A program made the translations under genes and the position numbers. A model generated the notes under the pieces. The model saw nothing but the letters and a program-made list of their open reading frames with translations. It did not search any database and had not been told where the DNA came from. Shown here piece after piece: positions 34,807 to 46,528 of a stretch of DNA of 64,000 bases; the stretch's first letter is position 1, and every line of letters begins with the position of its first letter. The stretch comes from an uncultured Methanosarcinaceae archaeon (lineage in GTDB: Archaea > Halobacteriota > Methanosarcinia > Methanosarcinales > Methanosarcinaceae), in contig CAWHXP010000003.1 of the NCBI GenBank assembly GCA_963833425.1, positions 64,001-128,000 on the forward strand. Reading direction: 5' to 3'.

Positions 34807-34967
34807 ATTTCGAGCAAGAATAAGTTTTAACTGCATTCTTTATTAAGCAACCACACTTAATCTTTGGATGATCTTTCCTTCCGAGAGTCAGATAGGGTTA
34901 CATTCGAAGAGTTTTTTTTTCTTTTATTTATTACTCATCCTTTGATCTTTACTGCACTTAAACTCTA

Positions 34968-35571
34968 GAGAATTTCGATAAACTCCATGCTCTTGAGCAT
35001 GGTTGACCTTAAATTTGTCAATACTTATGTATATTCATGAAAACTCTTATTGATTTTGCTCTTAAAGAAGAGTATAAACTTCTTGAATCTGTTGGGGATA
35101 AGCTTGCTGAAATTGCTTCCTTAATTGATTGGAAAACTTTTCGTATTATTCTTGAGTCTATGTATATTAACAAAACCATTTCAGGAGGGATACCTGAAAC
35201 TGATGTCATTGTGATGTTCAAAATGCTTGTTTTATAACAATGGCATAGGCTCTCTGATTTTGAACTTGAGAAACATTGTATAGATCGAATTTCTTTTAGG
35301 AAATTTCTTGTATTTCCTGAATACATACCTTACAGTACTACTGTATAGCTATTTAGGGAGAGAATTATCGAGAATTTCAAAGAAAATATGGGGGAAGTTG
35401 CAAAGCCAACTTGATACTCTGGGTTTACAGATAAAGCAGGGAATGATTCGGGATGCTACTTTTATCCATTCAGATCCAGGACATGCAAAAAAAGATAAAC
35501 CTCGAAGAGATAAGGGGAAGATGTGAGAAATTTCTGCTAAGAAATAAAATCCGAAGTTTATCGAAATCCTC
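34968..35571 (+). mobile_element. IS5-family element copy 2, internally deleted, both TIRs present
   Basis: GAGAATTTCGATAAACT...AGTTTATCGAAATCCTC flanked by TCTA direct repeats; transposase fragments including DATFIHSDPGHAK. Confidence 0.92.
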
Positions 35572-35820
35572 TCTAGTTATATCCATTATTATAATCAATT
35601 CTAAAAAACGAGCAAAACACCTCTATTAAAGGAAAACACAGTTAGGTTCTTATGATCATTGTATTCCATTGACTTACAAATAAAATCCTGAAGCTGTAAC
35701 TTTTAAACCGGTTCTTTTTACTCTTTTATGATTCAAAGTACCTCGATTGAACATTAATTCTCTAAAAATATTTTTTTACTTTTTTCCAGATTTTCTCACA
35801 TATTTATACATTTTTTAAAC

Positions 35821-36658
35821 TTAAATTTCGATATTATACACCTTCTCAGGATTATCTTTGTGTACGACCCAAAAAGGTTCTTCACCATATGTTTCCATCA
35901 GCTTTATAGTTCTCTTGGGAACTGTTTTCGGGCCAAGTACTGCTCCTGGTCTATCAAGATCGTCAATATAATCTGTCTCCATCATAAACCGTGTTCCTTC
36001 TTCAAGTGCCCGTTCAACAGCTCCTTTAACACAAATAACCCCCGGAAAGAGTCCCAATTCTTCACAAACACTTATCAGAGGAGGAGAATAATGTTTCACT
36101 ACCCTATATAATTTGATTCCTGTTCTTTTAGCCCTTTCCGTTATGTCCCGAAGTTCAGCTTCTCCCACACTTTCCGTATGAAGCTGAACAGCGCAGTCCT
36201 GTTCTTTTCCCAGTGAAAAGGCATACTCCATGATCTCATTCGAAGTCGCCCAAACTTCTTCTGTCACAGGATAATGAGGACGACCAGACTTGATCCCTAC
36301 AGCAAGGCCTTTTTCCACATAGTCTGAAGCAATCTCTAGACCTTTCTTCATGATCTCCATAGCTTCTTGAAGTTCCATGTGCTCTATGAGCCTTGAAATT
36401 TCAGCTGGATGAACTCCAAGCACCGGAAAAACCTGAACCCCCGATCTTCTTGATCTTTGATCCAATTTCGATTGTTTCGTCAAAGACAGTGATGTAATCA
36501 TCAGGTTTTTTGATAGTTACCCCAATGGACCAGCTGGGTTTAGTGACTAGAATTATATGAGTCCCACCGGAATTCTGAAATTCTTTTACTGCTTCAAGAC
36601 CCCTGGCTCTAGAATCTATATGCATATGATTATCAGTAACAGAAATTTTCGCGAACAT
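35821..36658 (-). pseudogene. TatD-family hydrolase with one frameshift (~36455)
   Basis: TDNHMH in one frame; GVHPAE, GRPHY, QLHTE and METDYIDD..RPGAVLGP in another. Confidence 0.85.
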
Positions 36659-36977
36659 CTTACCCCTTAATTAATTGAAGTTTTAGAACTTGAACGCAAT
36701 TCAGATTATATTTGTACTAAATTTTTGATTTTAATAGCCCCAGGACAAAAGATATTGATTTAATTTCTGCAAAAATTTGCATTAGTATACACATGGAGTT
36801 TTACTCCCCATAGTTTACTTTTCAGTTTAACTCTTATACCCAAAGCTTGAAATATAGAGCCTTACGTTGAGTACGCGGGAAGATTCAATTATAATTACCA
36901 TATTTTTCGATGAGTTATCCCTCTTAGCTTTTCAATCGCTACGTTCCTTTGAACCGAACATCAAAATCGGTGATAAT

Positions 36978-38006
36978 ATGACTAAAACCGCTGCAGTAAT
37001 TAAAGGTGATGGTACAGGCCCAGAACTTGTAGACGCAATGCTTAAAGTTGCAGAAGCATCTGGCACAGATATTGAATTTGTTGTTTGTGATGCAGGAGTT
37101 GGATGGTGGAAGAAAAACGGAGGAAATTCGTTGATTCCAAATGAGACCTGGGAAATCCTTGAAAGCTCGGATGTATGCTTTAAAGGCCCTACAACAACTC
37201 CTGGAGGGATAGGATCCCCTAAAAGTGTCGCTGTGTCTATAAGGAGAAAGTATAATCTCTATGCTAATGTAAGGCCAATCAAGACTTTCCCCAACTCAAA
37301 TAAACCTCTAGGAGATGTGGAAATGGTCTGTGTGCGCGAGGGTACGGAAGGGTTATATGTGGGAGAAGAAATCCAGCTCACAGACGACGTCTCCATTGCA
37401 ATCCGGAAGATTACACGTACAGCATCAAGAAAGATTGCTATCTATGCCTTCGAAGAAGCTAAGAGAAGAGGCTATGACACTGTTGTGCCCATTCATAAAA
37501 GCAATATCCTAAAGCTGACATGTGGCACTTTTTTGGAAGAGGTAGAAAAGGTAAAGCAGGTTTACCAGGGAATCAAAATATTGCCCTATCACGTAGACAA
37601 CATTGCTCAGCAACTTATTAAAAATCCACAAATTTTCAACAAAAAGGTTTTACTCTCTACAAATCTTTTTATGGACATCATAAGCGAGGAGTGCTCAGCC
37701 CTAGTAGGCAGTATTGGACTTATCTATTCTGCAAATATAGGGGACTCGTTCGCAATGTTCGAACCGGCACACGGCTCGGCTCCAAAATATGCAGGCCAAG
37801 ATAAGGTAAACCCTGTGGCAACAGTGCTTGCAGGAGCCTGGATGCTCGATTATCTAGGCGAAAAAGAAAAGTCAGAAGCTATATTCAAAGCTACAGAGCA
37901 AATAATTAAAGAAGGCAAGTATATAACTTATGATCTTGGAGGCAGCTCAAAACTGAGTAAAATGGCTGATGAAATTGCAAAGTATACAGCAAAAATTCTC
38001 AAATAA
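36978..38006 (+). CDS. Isocitrate/isopropylmalate dehydrogenase family protein (probable isocitrate dehydrogenase)
   Basis: GDGTGPE, NLYANVRP, REGTEGLY, HKSNILK, FEPAHGSAPKYAG, TYDLGG. Confidence 0.9.
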   Translation: MTKTAAVIKGDGTGPELVDAMLKVAEASGTDIEFVVCDAGVGWWKKNGGNSLIPNETWEILESSDVCFKGPTTTPGGIGSPKSVAVSIRRKYNLYANVRPIKTFPNSNKPLGDVEMVCVREGTEGLYVGEEIQLTDDVSIAIRKITRTASRKIAIYAFEEAKRRGYDTVVPIHKSNILKLTCGTFLEEVEKVKQVYQGIKILPYHVDNIAQQLIKNPQIFNKKVLLSTNLFMDIISEECSALVGSIGLIYSANIGDSFAMFEPAHGSAPKYAGQDKVNPVATVLAGAWMLDYLGEKEKSEAIFKATEQIIKEGKYITYDLGGSSKLSKMADEIAKYTAKILK

Positions 38007-38047
38007 AAAGAAGCTGAAGAAATATAGCTAGAGGAATAACGAAATTT

Positions 38048-39409
38048 TTAATTGTTCTCATCCCCATCATTATATATATTTTTTTCATCAATTTTTCCTT
38101 CTTCAAACTCAGATATTTTCCCCTTGTTTTTCAGCATTCCTCTACTTTTATATGCAGAATTGCAGATCGGCTGATACAGGAAGTACTTTTCCACGTATCC
38201 AAGGAGTTCCTCATCCGAAATACAGGAAACCCTCTCTTCGTTATCATAAAGTTTCTGGATTTCTTTTTGGATTTTCAAGAGCCTATAGTCATCTTTTTCA
38301 ACGATAGCTTCAACGTCAAGAAGATCATTCAAGGTCTCCTGAACCTTATAGCGCATGATTTCCAAACCTGAGGAATCTCCGATGAGTAGAAATCGCTTCC
38401 CTCCAACTAATTCTGGAAGATATGGTTCGTAATTAAAGGGATTTTTGAGGACACCTGAGGCATGGATTCCAGACTCGTGGGCAAAAATATTTTTTCCTAC
38501 AACAGCTTTATTTCTCGGAACACGCAATCCAAGTTCTTTCTCCATGAATCTTGCAAAACGTGTAACAGGCTCGAGGTTATATCGTTCAAAGCCTTCCACC
38601 CTATCTACCAGGAAAAGCAGAATTTTTTCCATCTCACTATTGCCTGCGCGTTCTCCTATACCCAGAAAGGTGACGCTTGTCCAGTTAGCCCCATGCCAGA
38701 AGCCTGCAATGGAGCTTGCTGACCCGAATCCATAATCATCGTGTATATGGGTTTCTATATTTTTAACCCCTATATCATTTTTGAGGTGCTGGACTATTTT
38801 CGGGACCCCATAAGGTTCATCGATATTCATGAAGGGCATTCCATATCCGACAGTGTCGCATACTCGGATAATACACTCAGGGTCTATTTCCATTATATTT
38901 TCAACCAGCGGGAATACAAAACCATAATTGTCTGCTCTTGTCATATCTTCCAAATGTGCCCTTGTTCGAAGGCCATGATCTACTGCGTACTGTAAGGCAT
39001 CCAAATATTTTTCTTCAGCTTCTTTCCTTCCTGAAAGCCTCATCTTAGAAAAAATGTGTGTATCTGATACAGACATCAGAATTCCTGTTTCCTTAAGCCC
39101 ATCGATCTCCAAAATTTTATTAATATCTTCCCTTGAAGCTCTAGCCCAACCAGTGATCTCTGGATATTCGTAACCTATGTCGAACATAAGTTCCACAGCG
39201 TCTATGTCTCTTTGATTAAACACAAAAGCCTCGAGTTTTTCAATCCCTATCTCATGCAGGTACTCATAAATTTGAAGCTTGTGTTCTCTGCTCAAAACTA
39301 TCCCAGGCATCTGAGAACCGTCGCGGATAGTGCTGTCACTTATGAATACTTCGTTCCCATAAGGCAGCTTTATTTTGGGCAGATCTTCATATGATTCGTA
39401 AATTTTCAT
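38048..39409 (-). CDS. DRE-TIM metallolyase (homocitrate/isopropylmalate synthase family), Re-citrate-synthase-like
   Basis: DSTIRDGSQ, HIHDDYG, GIGERAGN, HESGIH; also KETGILMSVSDTHIF and HLEDMTRAD. Confidence 0.85.
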   Translation of the reverse strand: MKIYESYEDLPKIKLPYGNEVFISDSTIRDGSQMPGIVLSREHKLQIYEYLHEIGIEKLEAFVFNQRDIDAVELMFDIGYEYPEITGWARASREDINKILEIDGLKETGILMSVSDTHIFSKMRLSGRKEAEEKYLDALQYAVDHGLRTRAHLEDMTRADNYGFVFPLVENIMEIDPECIIRVCDTVGYGMPFMNIDEPYGVPKIVQHLKNDIGVKNIETHIHDDYGFGSASSIAGFWHGANWTSVTFLGIGERAGNSEMEKILLFLVDRVEGFERYNLEPVTRFARFMEKELGLRVPRNKAVVGKNIFAHESGIHASGVLKNPFNYEPYLPELVGGKRFLLIGDSSGLEIMRYKVQETLNDLLDVEAIVEKDDYRLLKIQKEIQKLYDNEERVSCISDEELLGYVEKYFLYQPICNSAYKSRGMLKNKGKISEFEEGKIDEKNIYNDGDENN

Positions 39410-40051
39410 CTCTTTTCCTCCTCTTGTTCAGGGGGCAGAGCCCTGCATCGATAGAAAAAACTTTCGATGCAAGGGTTTTTCCTGCGAAAAAGATATTTAA
39501 ATGTATAAAGGTCCGAAAATCAGTTGTCTTTGACCTAGGAACTTCAGCTTTTTTTTAAAACGCATTATTTTGAAGGGAGAACTTAGTATTTTTTTATCTC
39601 CATATGGAATCTTAGCTTATAGTCGACAATAAGCTATCACTATGCTGTTATGGTTAAAATCTCTTTCTTTCAAAATGGGAATTTATTTATATTTACACTT
39701 TATCTATATACCACGGCTGAGAAAATACTTCAATCTCGTCCCCCGAGAAACTATCGTTAACTTCAAGAAATACTGTCTATTCAAAATTGATAAGGATAAA
39801 AGAGGGAGCTTCTCTTGCGCAAAACTTTTCTCTTTTTTAGCAAAGGTATGATAATTTATTTTCCTACAATACATTTCTTACTGATAATAAGGTATATCTA
39901 TAAAAAGTTATATTTATGACGGGGTCGATTTGATAAATATAAGTTGATCTGATAAATAAAATATGTTAATTAAATTTGTGATTATCTTCTTTCATTGTTT
40001 AAAATTAGTATTTTAAATATAGCTTCTTCTGGATTTTTGAGGACATAAATA

Positions 40052-40483
40052 TAATTACATAATATTTAAAATTTTAACATTGATAGATTACACTTTAAAA
40101 ACCTATTAAAATGGATTTATAGTCGAAAATATACATCTCTCTGCTAAACTTGAATACAAACTTGAACCAGGGAAAAACGGAAAAAGAAATAAAAACAGTT
40201 TTTTCACCATAAATTGTTATAGAATTCCTAATTATTATAGGAAAATAATTAGTTTAAAAACTACCATTAATTACATAATATTTAAAATTTTAACATTGAT
40301 AGATTACACTTTAAAAACCTATTAAAATGGATTTATAGTCGAAAATATACATCTCTCTGCTAAACTTGAATACAAACTTGAACCAGGGAAAAACGGAAAA
40401 AGAAATAAAAACAGTTTTTTCACCATAAATTGTTATAGAATTCCTAATTATTATAGGAAAATAATTAGTTTAAAAACTACCAT
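40052..40483. repeat. Perfect tandem duplication of 216 bp upstream of cbiT
   Basis: 40052-40267 is repeated at 40268-40483 (TAATTACATAATATTT...AAAAACTACCAT). Confidence 0.95.
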
Positions 40484-40557
40484 TTTTTTTAAAAAAGTGT
40501 AGTTTATTTTACTATTCAATTTCATGCATTTGCTTCACGTTTATCCTGAGGTAGAAC

Positions 40558-41112
40558 ATGTCCAAAATAGTAAGCATTAGCGGTGGTCCGACAAAACCTG
40601 AAATCATCGCTTTATCACTTTACAAACTGGGACTGCAGGACGGAGATAAATTTGCAGATATCGGCTGTGGTACCGGATCAGTATCAATAGAAGCAGCTAG
40701 AATTACCCGAAGTCTGACAATCTACGCAATAGAAGCCCGCAAAGAAGCACTTAGAGCCACCGAAATTAATTTCAAGAATTTCAACATCACAAATGCCAAA
40801 CTTTTAGCCGGTGAAGCTTCAGATATTCTTGGATCCAGAGATTTCATTGATTCTATAGATTGTGCCTTTGTCGGCGGAACAAAAAATATTGTTTCCGTTC
40901 TTAAGATACTTGTTGAGAAAAAAGCGCGAAGCATTGTGGTAAATGCAGTCCGTATCGAAACAGTGGTCAGAACAATTAATGCAATGAAAAAACTTGCAAT
41001 TTTTGATGAAGCACTACATATTGCGGTCTCCAGAAGTATACCACTTGCTGGAGAAACGATGTTCAAACCCGAAAACGCTGTATACATTGTTGTTGGAAAA
41101 AGAAAAAATTGA
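40558..41112 (+). CDS. cbiT: Cobalt-precorrin-6B C15-methyltransferase (decarboxylating)
   Basis: GPTKPEI, DIGCGTGSVSIE, FVGG, IVVNAVRIET. Confidence 0.93.
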   Translation: MSKIVSISGGPTKPEIIALSLYKLGLQDGDKFADIGCGTGSVSIEAARITRSLTIYAIEARKEALRATEINFKNFNITNAKLLAGEASDILGSRDFIDSIDCAFVGGTKNIVSVLKILVEKKARSIVVNAVRIETVVRTINAMKKLAIFDEALHIAVSRSIPLAGETMFKPENAVYIVVGKRKN

Positions 41113-41324
41113 AAATTGCCCTCTAAACAGCATTCTGCATAAGTACACACATCTGGAGAGTTGCTTGTCGAATTGCCGACTATCATTCATTTAAAGTTTG
41201 ATTAATTTTAAAGCTGCAATATTATTGAGAAAATGGATGGCGTTCCGGTGTAAATCCCCCGAGAATTGGTTTTTATCAAAATTGTGTTTTTATATTTATT
41301 TTAATAAAATTACAGAGTGATACC

Positions 41325-41933
41325 ATGTTAATAGGAGTAGGACTTGGTCCAGGAGATCCTGAACTTCTGACCCTGAAAGCAGTAGGCATTTTAAAAAAAA
41401 GTGATAAGGTATATGTACCTGGTCAGATGGCAAAAGACCTTGTAGCCCCTTATGCGGACGCCGAAATTCTTGAATTTCCCATGATAAAAGACATAGAATC
41501 TCTCAATTTTCACTGGAAAGAAAATGCTGATAGAATAGCAGAAGAAGCGCGAAAAGGAACTGTAGCTTTCGGTCTTATAGGAGACCCAAATTTTTTCTCG
41601 ACATTTTCCCATCTCAAAAAAGTCATGCAAAAGCATTATCAGGATATAGAGCTTTCAACAGTGCCTGGAATAAGTTCGATCACATCTTTTGCAGCAAGGA
41701 CTGACATTGCAATTGATAGATCTTTCGAGGTCAGTGATGGTTCTGAGATTGTATATAAGATTAACCTGAAAGCCACACAGCCAAAAAAGATAGTTGAACA
41801 CCTCGAAGCTGAAGGATATAAAAAATTTATTTTTGCCGAAAGACTTTTTTCTGACAAAGAAGTTATAATCCGCAAAAAAGAGAAGTTTCCAGAAAAAGGG
41901 AATTATTTCAGTATCGTCTATGGGAAAAAATGA
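41325..41933 (+). CDS. cbiL: Cobalt-precorrin-2 C20-methyltransferase
   Basis: [31 protein letters not shown]. Confidence 0.93.
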   Translation: MLIGVGLGPGDPELLTLKAVGILKKSDKVYVPGQMAKDLVAPYADAEILEFPMIKDIESLNFHWKENADRIAEEARKGTVAFGLIGDPNFFSTFSHLKKVMQKHYQDIELSTVPGISSITSFAARTDIAIDRSFEVSDGSEIVYKINLKATQPKKIVEHLEAEGYKKFIFAERLFSDKEVIIRKKEKFPEKGNYFSIVYGKK

Positions 41934-42007
41934 CAGATCCTAAAAAAGATTCTGCGAAAGCTGGACATAATTTTGGAATAAGTACATGGAAGCAAAGGAA
42001 TGATCCG

Positions 42008-42736
42008 ATGGAAAGAAAAGTATATTTTGTAGGGGCAGGCCCTGGGAACCCAAAACTAATTACCATACTTGGACGTGAGATGCTTGAAAAAGCTGACCTC
42101 GTGATTTATGCAGGTTCTCTAGTAAATCCGGAGGTCCTAAATTATACTAAGGGAAAGACGGTAGATAGCTACGGTTTAACTCTTGAAGAAACTACTAAAA
42201 TGATCGCAGATGCAGTAGATTTAGGAAATTTTGTTGTTCGCCTCCACAGCGGAGATCCTTCTATTTATGGAGCTATTATAGAACAGATGGAAGAGCTAAA
42301 AAAGTACGACATCAAAGTGGAAAGAATAGCAGGCGTCTCATCTGTATTTGCAAGCGCAGTTGCTCTTGGTACCCAGCTTACTCTTAATGGTGTTTCTGAT
42401 ACTCTCATCATTACCCGTCCAGCAGGAAAAACTATGGAAAAAGATCTTATCACCGAGCTTTCAGCTTATAACACAACAATGGCAATTTTCCTGGGTACTC
42501 AAAAAATAAGAGAAATCATGGAGAAAGTCCGATGCCCGAAAGATACACCTGCTGCATTAATCTTTCATGCATCTTGGGAAGACGAGAAAGTTATCATAGG
42601 GACAGTAGGAGATCTCGCAGAAAAAGTGGAGGATGCAGGGATTACGCGATCAGCAATGATTATAATAGGTGAAGTTGTTAACCCCAAAAACTATAGGAGG
42701 TCCCATCTATACGGAATAGCCCAGAAATTGTTGTAA
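42008..42736 (+). CDS. cbiF: Cobalt-precorrin-4 C11-methyltransferase
   Basis: [31 protein letters not shown]; an upstream ATG at 41930 is also in frame. Confidence 0.93.
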   Translation: MERKVYFVGAGPGNPKLITILGREMLEKADLVIYAGSLVNPEVLNYTKGKTVDSYGLTLEETTKMIADAVDLGNFVVRLHSGDPSIYGAIIEQMEELKKYDIKVERIAGVSSVFASAVALGTQLTLNGVSDTLIITRPAGKTMEKDLITELSAYNTTMAIFLGTQKIREIMEKVRCPKDTPAALIFHASWEDEKVIIGTVGDLAEKVEDAGITRSAMIIIGEVVNPKNYRRSHLYGIAQKLL

Positions 42737-43278
42737 TTACCTTTGAGAGAAATCATGAAATAGCTGCAAAGTTAGCGGAACACTTGAAAGCTGACATTCT
42801 TCTCTATAAAAAGGGAGTTTTCGAAAAAGCTTTTAGAGATTACAAGGCAATAGTTGCCGTTTTTGCTACAGGCATTGTAATAAGAGAAATTGCTTCTCTT
42901 CTCAAAAATAAGTGGTTGGATCCTGCTGTGATTGTAGTGGATTCAAACTTGAACTTTGTAATTCCACTTCTAGGAGGACATCACGGTGCTAATGAGATTG
43001 CTCGAAAGATTTCGGAACTCGGAGCAATCTCAGTGTTTACAACTGCTACTGAAGTTCACGGTAAACCCTCGGTAGAGGGCATTGCAGACAAACAATGCTG
43101 TGAGATATTCAATAAACAATCCACTGTAGCTGTAAATTGTGCATTCCTCGACCAGCGCGTAGAAATTCTTGAGATTAAAGGGCCCAGGATAATAATCGTG
43201 GAAGATGATGTATCTGTGCTTGTAAGAAAACGACAGAGTAAGACTATATCAACTGACGGTAGCAGAGGCAAGAGCTAA
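42709..43278 (+). CDS. cbiG: Cobalamin biosynthesis protein CbiG, N-terminal/middle domains (start uncertain)
   Basis: ATGIVIR...DPAVIVVD...LLGGHHGAN...TTATE; the frame is open from 42697 but the first TTG is at 42784. Confidence 0.85.
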   Translation: MRNSPEIVVITFERNHEIAAKLAEHLKADILLYKKGVFEKAFRDYKAIVAVFATGIVIREIASLLKNKWLDPAVIVVDSNLNFVIPLLGGHHGANEIARKISELGAISVFTTATEVHGKPSVEGIADKQCCEIFNKQSTVAVNCAFLDQRVEILEIKGPRIIIVEDDVSVLVRKRQSKTISTDGSRGKS

Positions 43279-43358
43279 CAAGCTTACGTGTAGTAGCTAA
43301 TAACCACACAATTAACTTATCTGTGGATTAATGAAAAATAAGTAAATGGGAGGCACTG

Positions 43359-43712
43359 ATGATCATTGGAATCGGGACTCGCAAAGGTATTACAAGAGAA
43401 GAAATCGTTGAAGCCGTGAAACTGGCGCTAGACGAGTGTAGCCTGAACCTTGAAGAAGTTACAGTTTTAGCTTCTTCGAAACTTAAGAAAAATGAACAAG
43501 GACTGCTGGAAGCAGGAAAAATGCTTGGTATTCCGGTGGACTTTTTGCCGGATGAAATGCTAAATAGCTACAATCCTCCTTCGTCATCCAAAGCATCACT
43601 CTTTGGATTAAAAGGAGTAGCAGAACCTGCAGCTCTTGCCCTTTCAGAAGAAAAAAAATTGATTTCTAGGAAAAAAGTATATGGCCGAGTTACGATCGCA
43701 ATCGCAAAATAA
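43359..43712 (+). CDS. CbiG C-terminal / CobE-like protein
   Basis: MIIGIGTRKG...GVAEPAAL...RVTIAIA. Confidence 0.9.
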   Translation: MIIGIGTRKGITREEIVEAVKLALDECSLNLEEVTVLASSKLKKNEQGLLEAGKMLGIPVDFLPDEMLNSYNPPSSSKASLFGLKGVAEPAALALSEEKKLISRKKVYGRVTIAIAK

Positions 43713-44481
43713 GGCAACAGTAGGAAAACTCTACATCGTAGGAATCGGGCCGGGATCTGTCGAACAAATGACGGTCAAAGCCAGAGATGCGATCATTAAT
43801 GCCGATTATGTGATTGGAAATAGTACTTACTTGGATCAGATCGAGAGTCTTCTGGGGACTCAGGAAGTAATACGCAGCCATATGGGCAAAGAGGTGGACA
43901 GAGCAAAAAAAGCAGTAGAACTTGCAAAGATTTCAACCGTTGTCATAATCAGTGGCGGCGATACCAACATCTATGGTATGGCGGGTATAGTTCTTGAAGT
44001 TGCTGAGCATGAGAATCTTGATGTTGTTATTGAAATTCTTCCAGGGGTTACGGCAATTCTAGCCGGAGCAAGTATACTTGGAGCTCCTGTTGTAACGGAT
44101 TTCGCAGTCATCAGCCTAAGCGACCTATTGACTCCCTGGGATGTAATAGAAAAGCGGCTTGACCTTGCTGCAAAGGCCGATTTTGTAATGGCACTATACA
44201 ATCCGAAAAGCCGCACGAGACAATCCAACTTTTTGAGGGCCATTGAAATAATCCGTCTGTACAAAGCCGACTCCGTGCCTGTTGGACTCGTCAAGAATGC
44301 TATGAGAGGCAAAGGCGAGGAAAGGATCGTAACGACCTTAGGTAAGGTAATGGAATACGAAAACTGGATAGATATGAGCACTACGATTCTTGTTGGAAAT
44401 AGAGATTCTAGAATCTGGAATTCTAAAAAGAAGGATTTTATAATAACTCCCAGGGGGTATCATAAGAAATATGACTACTAA
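43681..44481 (+). CDS. cbiH: Cobalt-precorrin-3B C17-methyltransferase
   Basis: YIVGIGPG, SGGD..IYGMA, ISLSDLLTPW, LYNPKS, ITPRGY. Confidence 0.93.
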   Translation: MAELRSQSQNKATVGKLYIVGIGPGSVEQMTVKARDAIINADYVIGNSTYLDQIESLLGTQEVIRSHMGKEVDRAKKAVELAKISTVVIISGGDTNIYGMAGIVLEVAEHENLDVVIEILPGVTAILAGASILGAPVVTDFAVISLSDLLTPWDVIEKRLDLAAKADFVMALYNPKSRTRQSNFLRAIEIIRLYKADSVPVGLVKNAMRGKGEERIVTTLGKVMEYENWIDMSTTILVGNRDSRIWNSKKKDFIITPRGYHKKYDY

Positions 44482-45202
44482 AAGAAGCGTTAATGAAGAA
44501 GTTGTAAAGCTCGAAAACCTTGAAGAATTTACCGAGCTTACAGTAAATATAGATCCCGAATTGATAAAAATTTGTAAGGATTCTGGAGCAAGAACTGAGG
44601 AAGCAAAAGCTATTTACATGAAAAGCTGGGCAATTATCCAGGAACTTGTTGTGAATAAGAAGCCTGAAGATCGTTTACGTCAGCGCTGTGTTATTGCCAC
44701 TGGAGATCTCTCAGTAGCAGAAATCATCCGTTTCGTGCATGATCCCATTCCTGTAGGCGTGGAATCAATTAAAAAGGGTGCCCCGATTTTTGTAGATATC
44801 AATATGTTAAAAGCAGGGATTACAAAAACAGGGCACAAATCCAAAATCATTTGCGTACTAGATGAAGATCAGAATACTGAAATCGCTAACAAGTATGGAA
44901 TAACCCGCACATCTGCAGGTTTTCTGGCGGCCAGAAAACAACTCAATGGAAGTATTATTGCAATTGGAAATGCACCTTCTGCCCTTATCATGGTCTGCAA
45001 ACTTATTGAAAGAGGTATAAGGCCAGCTCTTATTATTGGACTTCCAGTAGGTTTCGTAAACGCTGCTGAATCCAAGGAAATGGTGAGAAACCTGAAGATT
45101 CCCATCCCCTCCATCAGCTGTGTCGGGACAAGAGGAGGGACTCCAATGGCTGTAGCATGCGTAAATGAGCTTGTTGCAATTGCAAAAGAAAGTGAAGAAT
45201 AA
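44471..45202 (+). CDS. cbiC: Cobalt-precorrin-8 methylmutase
   Basis: GITRTSAG, IGNAPSAL, PVGFVNAAESKE, GTRGG. Confidence 0.93.
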   Translation: MTTKRSVNEEVVKLENLEEFTELTVNIDPELIKICKDSGARTEEAKAIYMKSWAIIQELVVNKKPEDRLRQRCVIATGDLSVAEIIRFVHDPIPVGVESIKKGAPIFVDINMLKAGITKTGHKSKIICVLDEDQNTEIANKYGITRTSAGFLAARKQLNGSIIAIGNAPSALIMVCKLIERGIRPALIIGLPVGFVNAAESKEMVRNLKIPIPSISCVGTRGGTPMAVACVNELVAIAKESEE

Positions 45203-45944
45203 CATTTTTCCCAAATTTTTAGCCACTGCATTTATTCTCATTTCTCCTCATTACGATATATCAATTCAGTTTACCAGAAATAAATTGGAAGATAACTATT
45301 TTGACGCAATGGATATTTTTGAGTACTAATTTAGAGCGGAAAAAACAATATCGTGCTTACGGTTGAAAATGAGCCTTTGAAATTTATTCATTGAACCCTA
45401 GTGACGGCTTTGAATGGATATCTAGACAGAGATCTCATTCAACTACCGTCAGTGAAAGTCTAGCTAACCAGATACTAAACAAACGTAAGGGGGAGAGAAA
45501 TACTAACTTCGTGAAAAATGATATCTACTGACTATAGGTAGGCTATCCCTTCACTCATGATGTGTACGCCTAAATCTTTAGTTATTCTTAGGTTCATTTG
45601 TCTATGACTCGTTCCTGGAGAATATTGCCTAAAAATCACATTCAGATGAGTGCGTAGGCAAACCGTATCTAATATCAGCACCTCATTAAGACTATATACA
45701 AGACTACGGAGCTTCGAACAACTATAAACTATAATCAAAACATGGCTGGATCTGAAATTCGATATCATGAAATTAAACTCGATGATGATAGCATTTCTGC
45801 AACTGATCCTATTTTGTTGTCTTGTTTGTGGTTTATTTCTCTTACCTTCGAGGACTGGGGGGCACTGGTGCAATTAATCCGGTTAATGGTAGATCTGTAA
45901 GAAATGTATTAATTATTGCTGTTTTTTTCTGTAAGCATGTAAAC

Positions 45945-46470
45945 ATAAATCGAGATAAATCCGAAGAGCTTGAGATATTTGCAAAGAGCATACTGCCACT
46001 GCCTGAAAACCAAAAGAGTAGACTATATCTAACTTTCTTTGTTGAAATGGAAGATATTGAAGCCCTTGCCTTGACAATGGAAAAACTGATAATTTATGAA
46101 GGCTCCAACTTTGACTTCCTAAAAAGGAATGCTATAAAACTAAGAAAACCTGGGGATTTAATCCATATAGGAATTAAAAATTGCGGATCTTTAAGCTATA
46201 ATTGCGGAATTTGTGGCCTTGGAAAATGTGCAAATATGTTGAGCCTGTAAACGGTAGAAACGGAATTCAAAAGCCTGAACTGTGTGTTCAAGTATACATA
46301 CCAGAGCACTGCATTAAGAGCAACTGTTTCAAAAGCCAAGTACCTATGCATTGACAACTGGGTTATGTGAACACATGGCGATGCTATAAAATTTTTTGAT
46401 TTGCTGAATGGGATATTGCCCTTTGAATTCCTCAGAATGTAACAGGGTAAAATATCCTTTCTGGTAAAAA
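45945..46470 (+). pseudogene. DUF2148 ferredoxin-domain protein, decayed
   Basis: NCGICG..C, then NCVFK...KAKYLCIDNWVM after internal stops. Confidence 0.6.
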
Positions 46471-46528
46471 ATAAAGATTTTTAAGGAACTAAAATACCTT
46501 CTATATTTAAAAAATTTAAAGGAAAAAC

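Noticed and set aside
39441..39476. Hairpin CCCTGCATCGA...TCGATGCAAGGG upstream of the citrate-synthase-like gene
   Set aside because: A real inverted repeat, but a single stem with no evidence to assign a terminator or riboswitch function.
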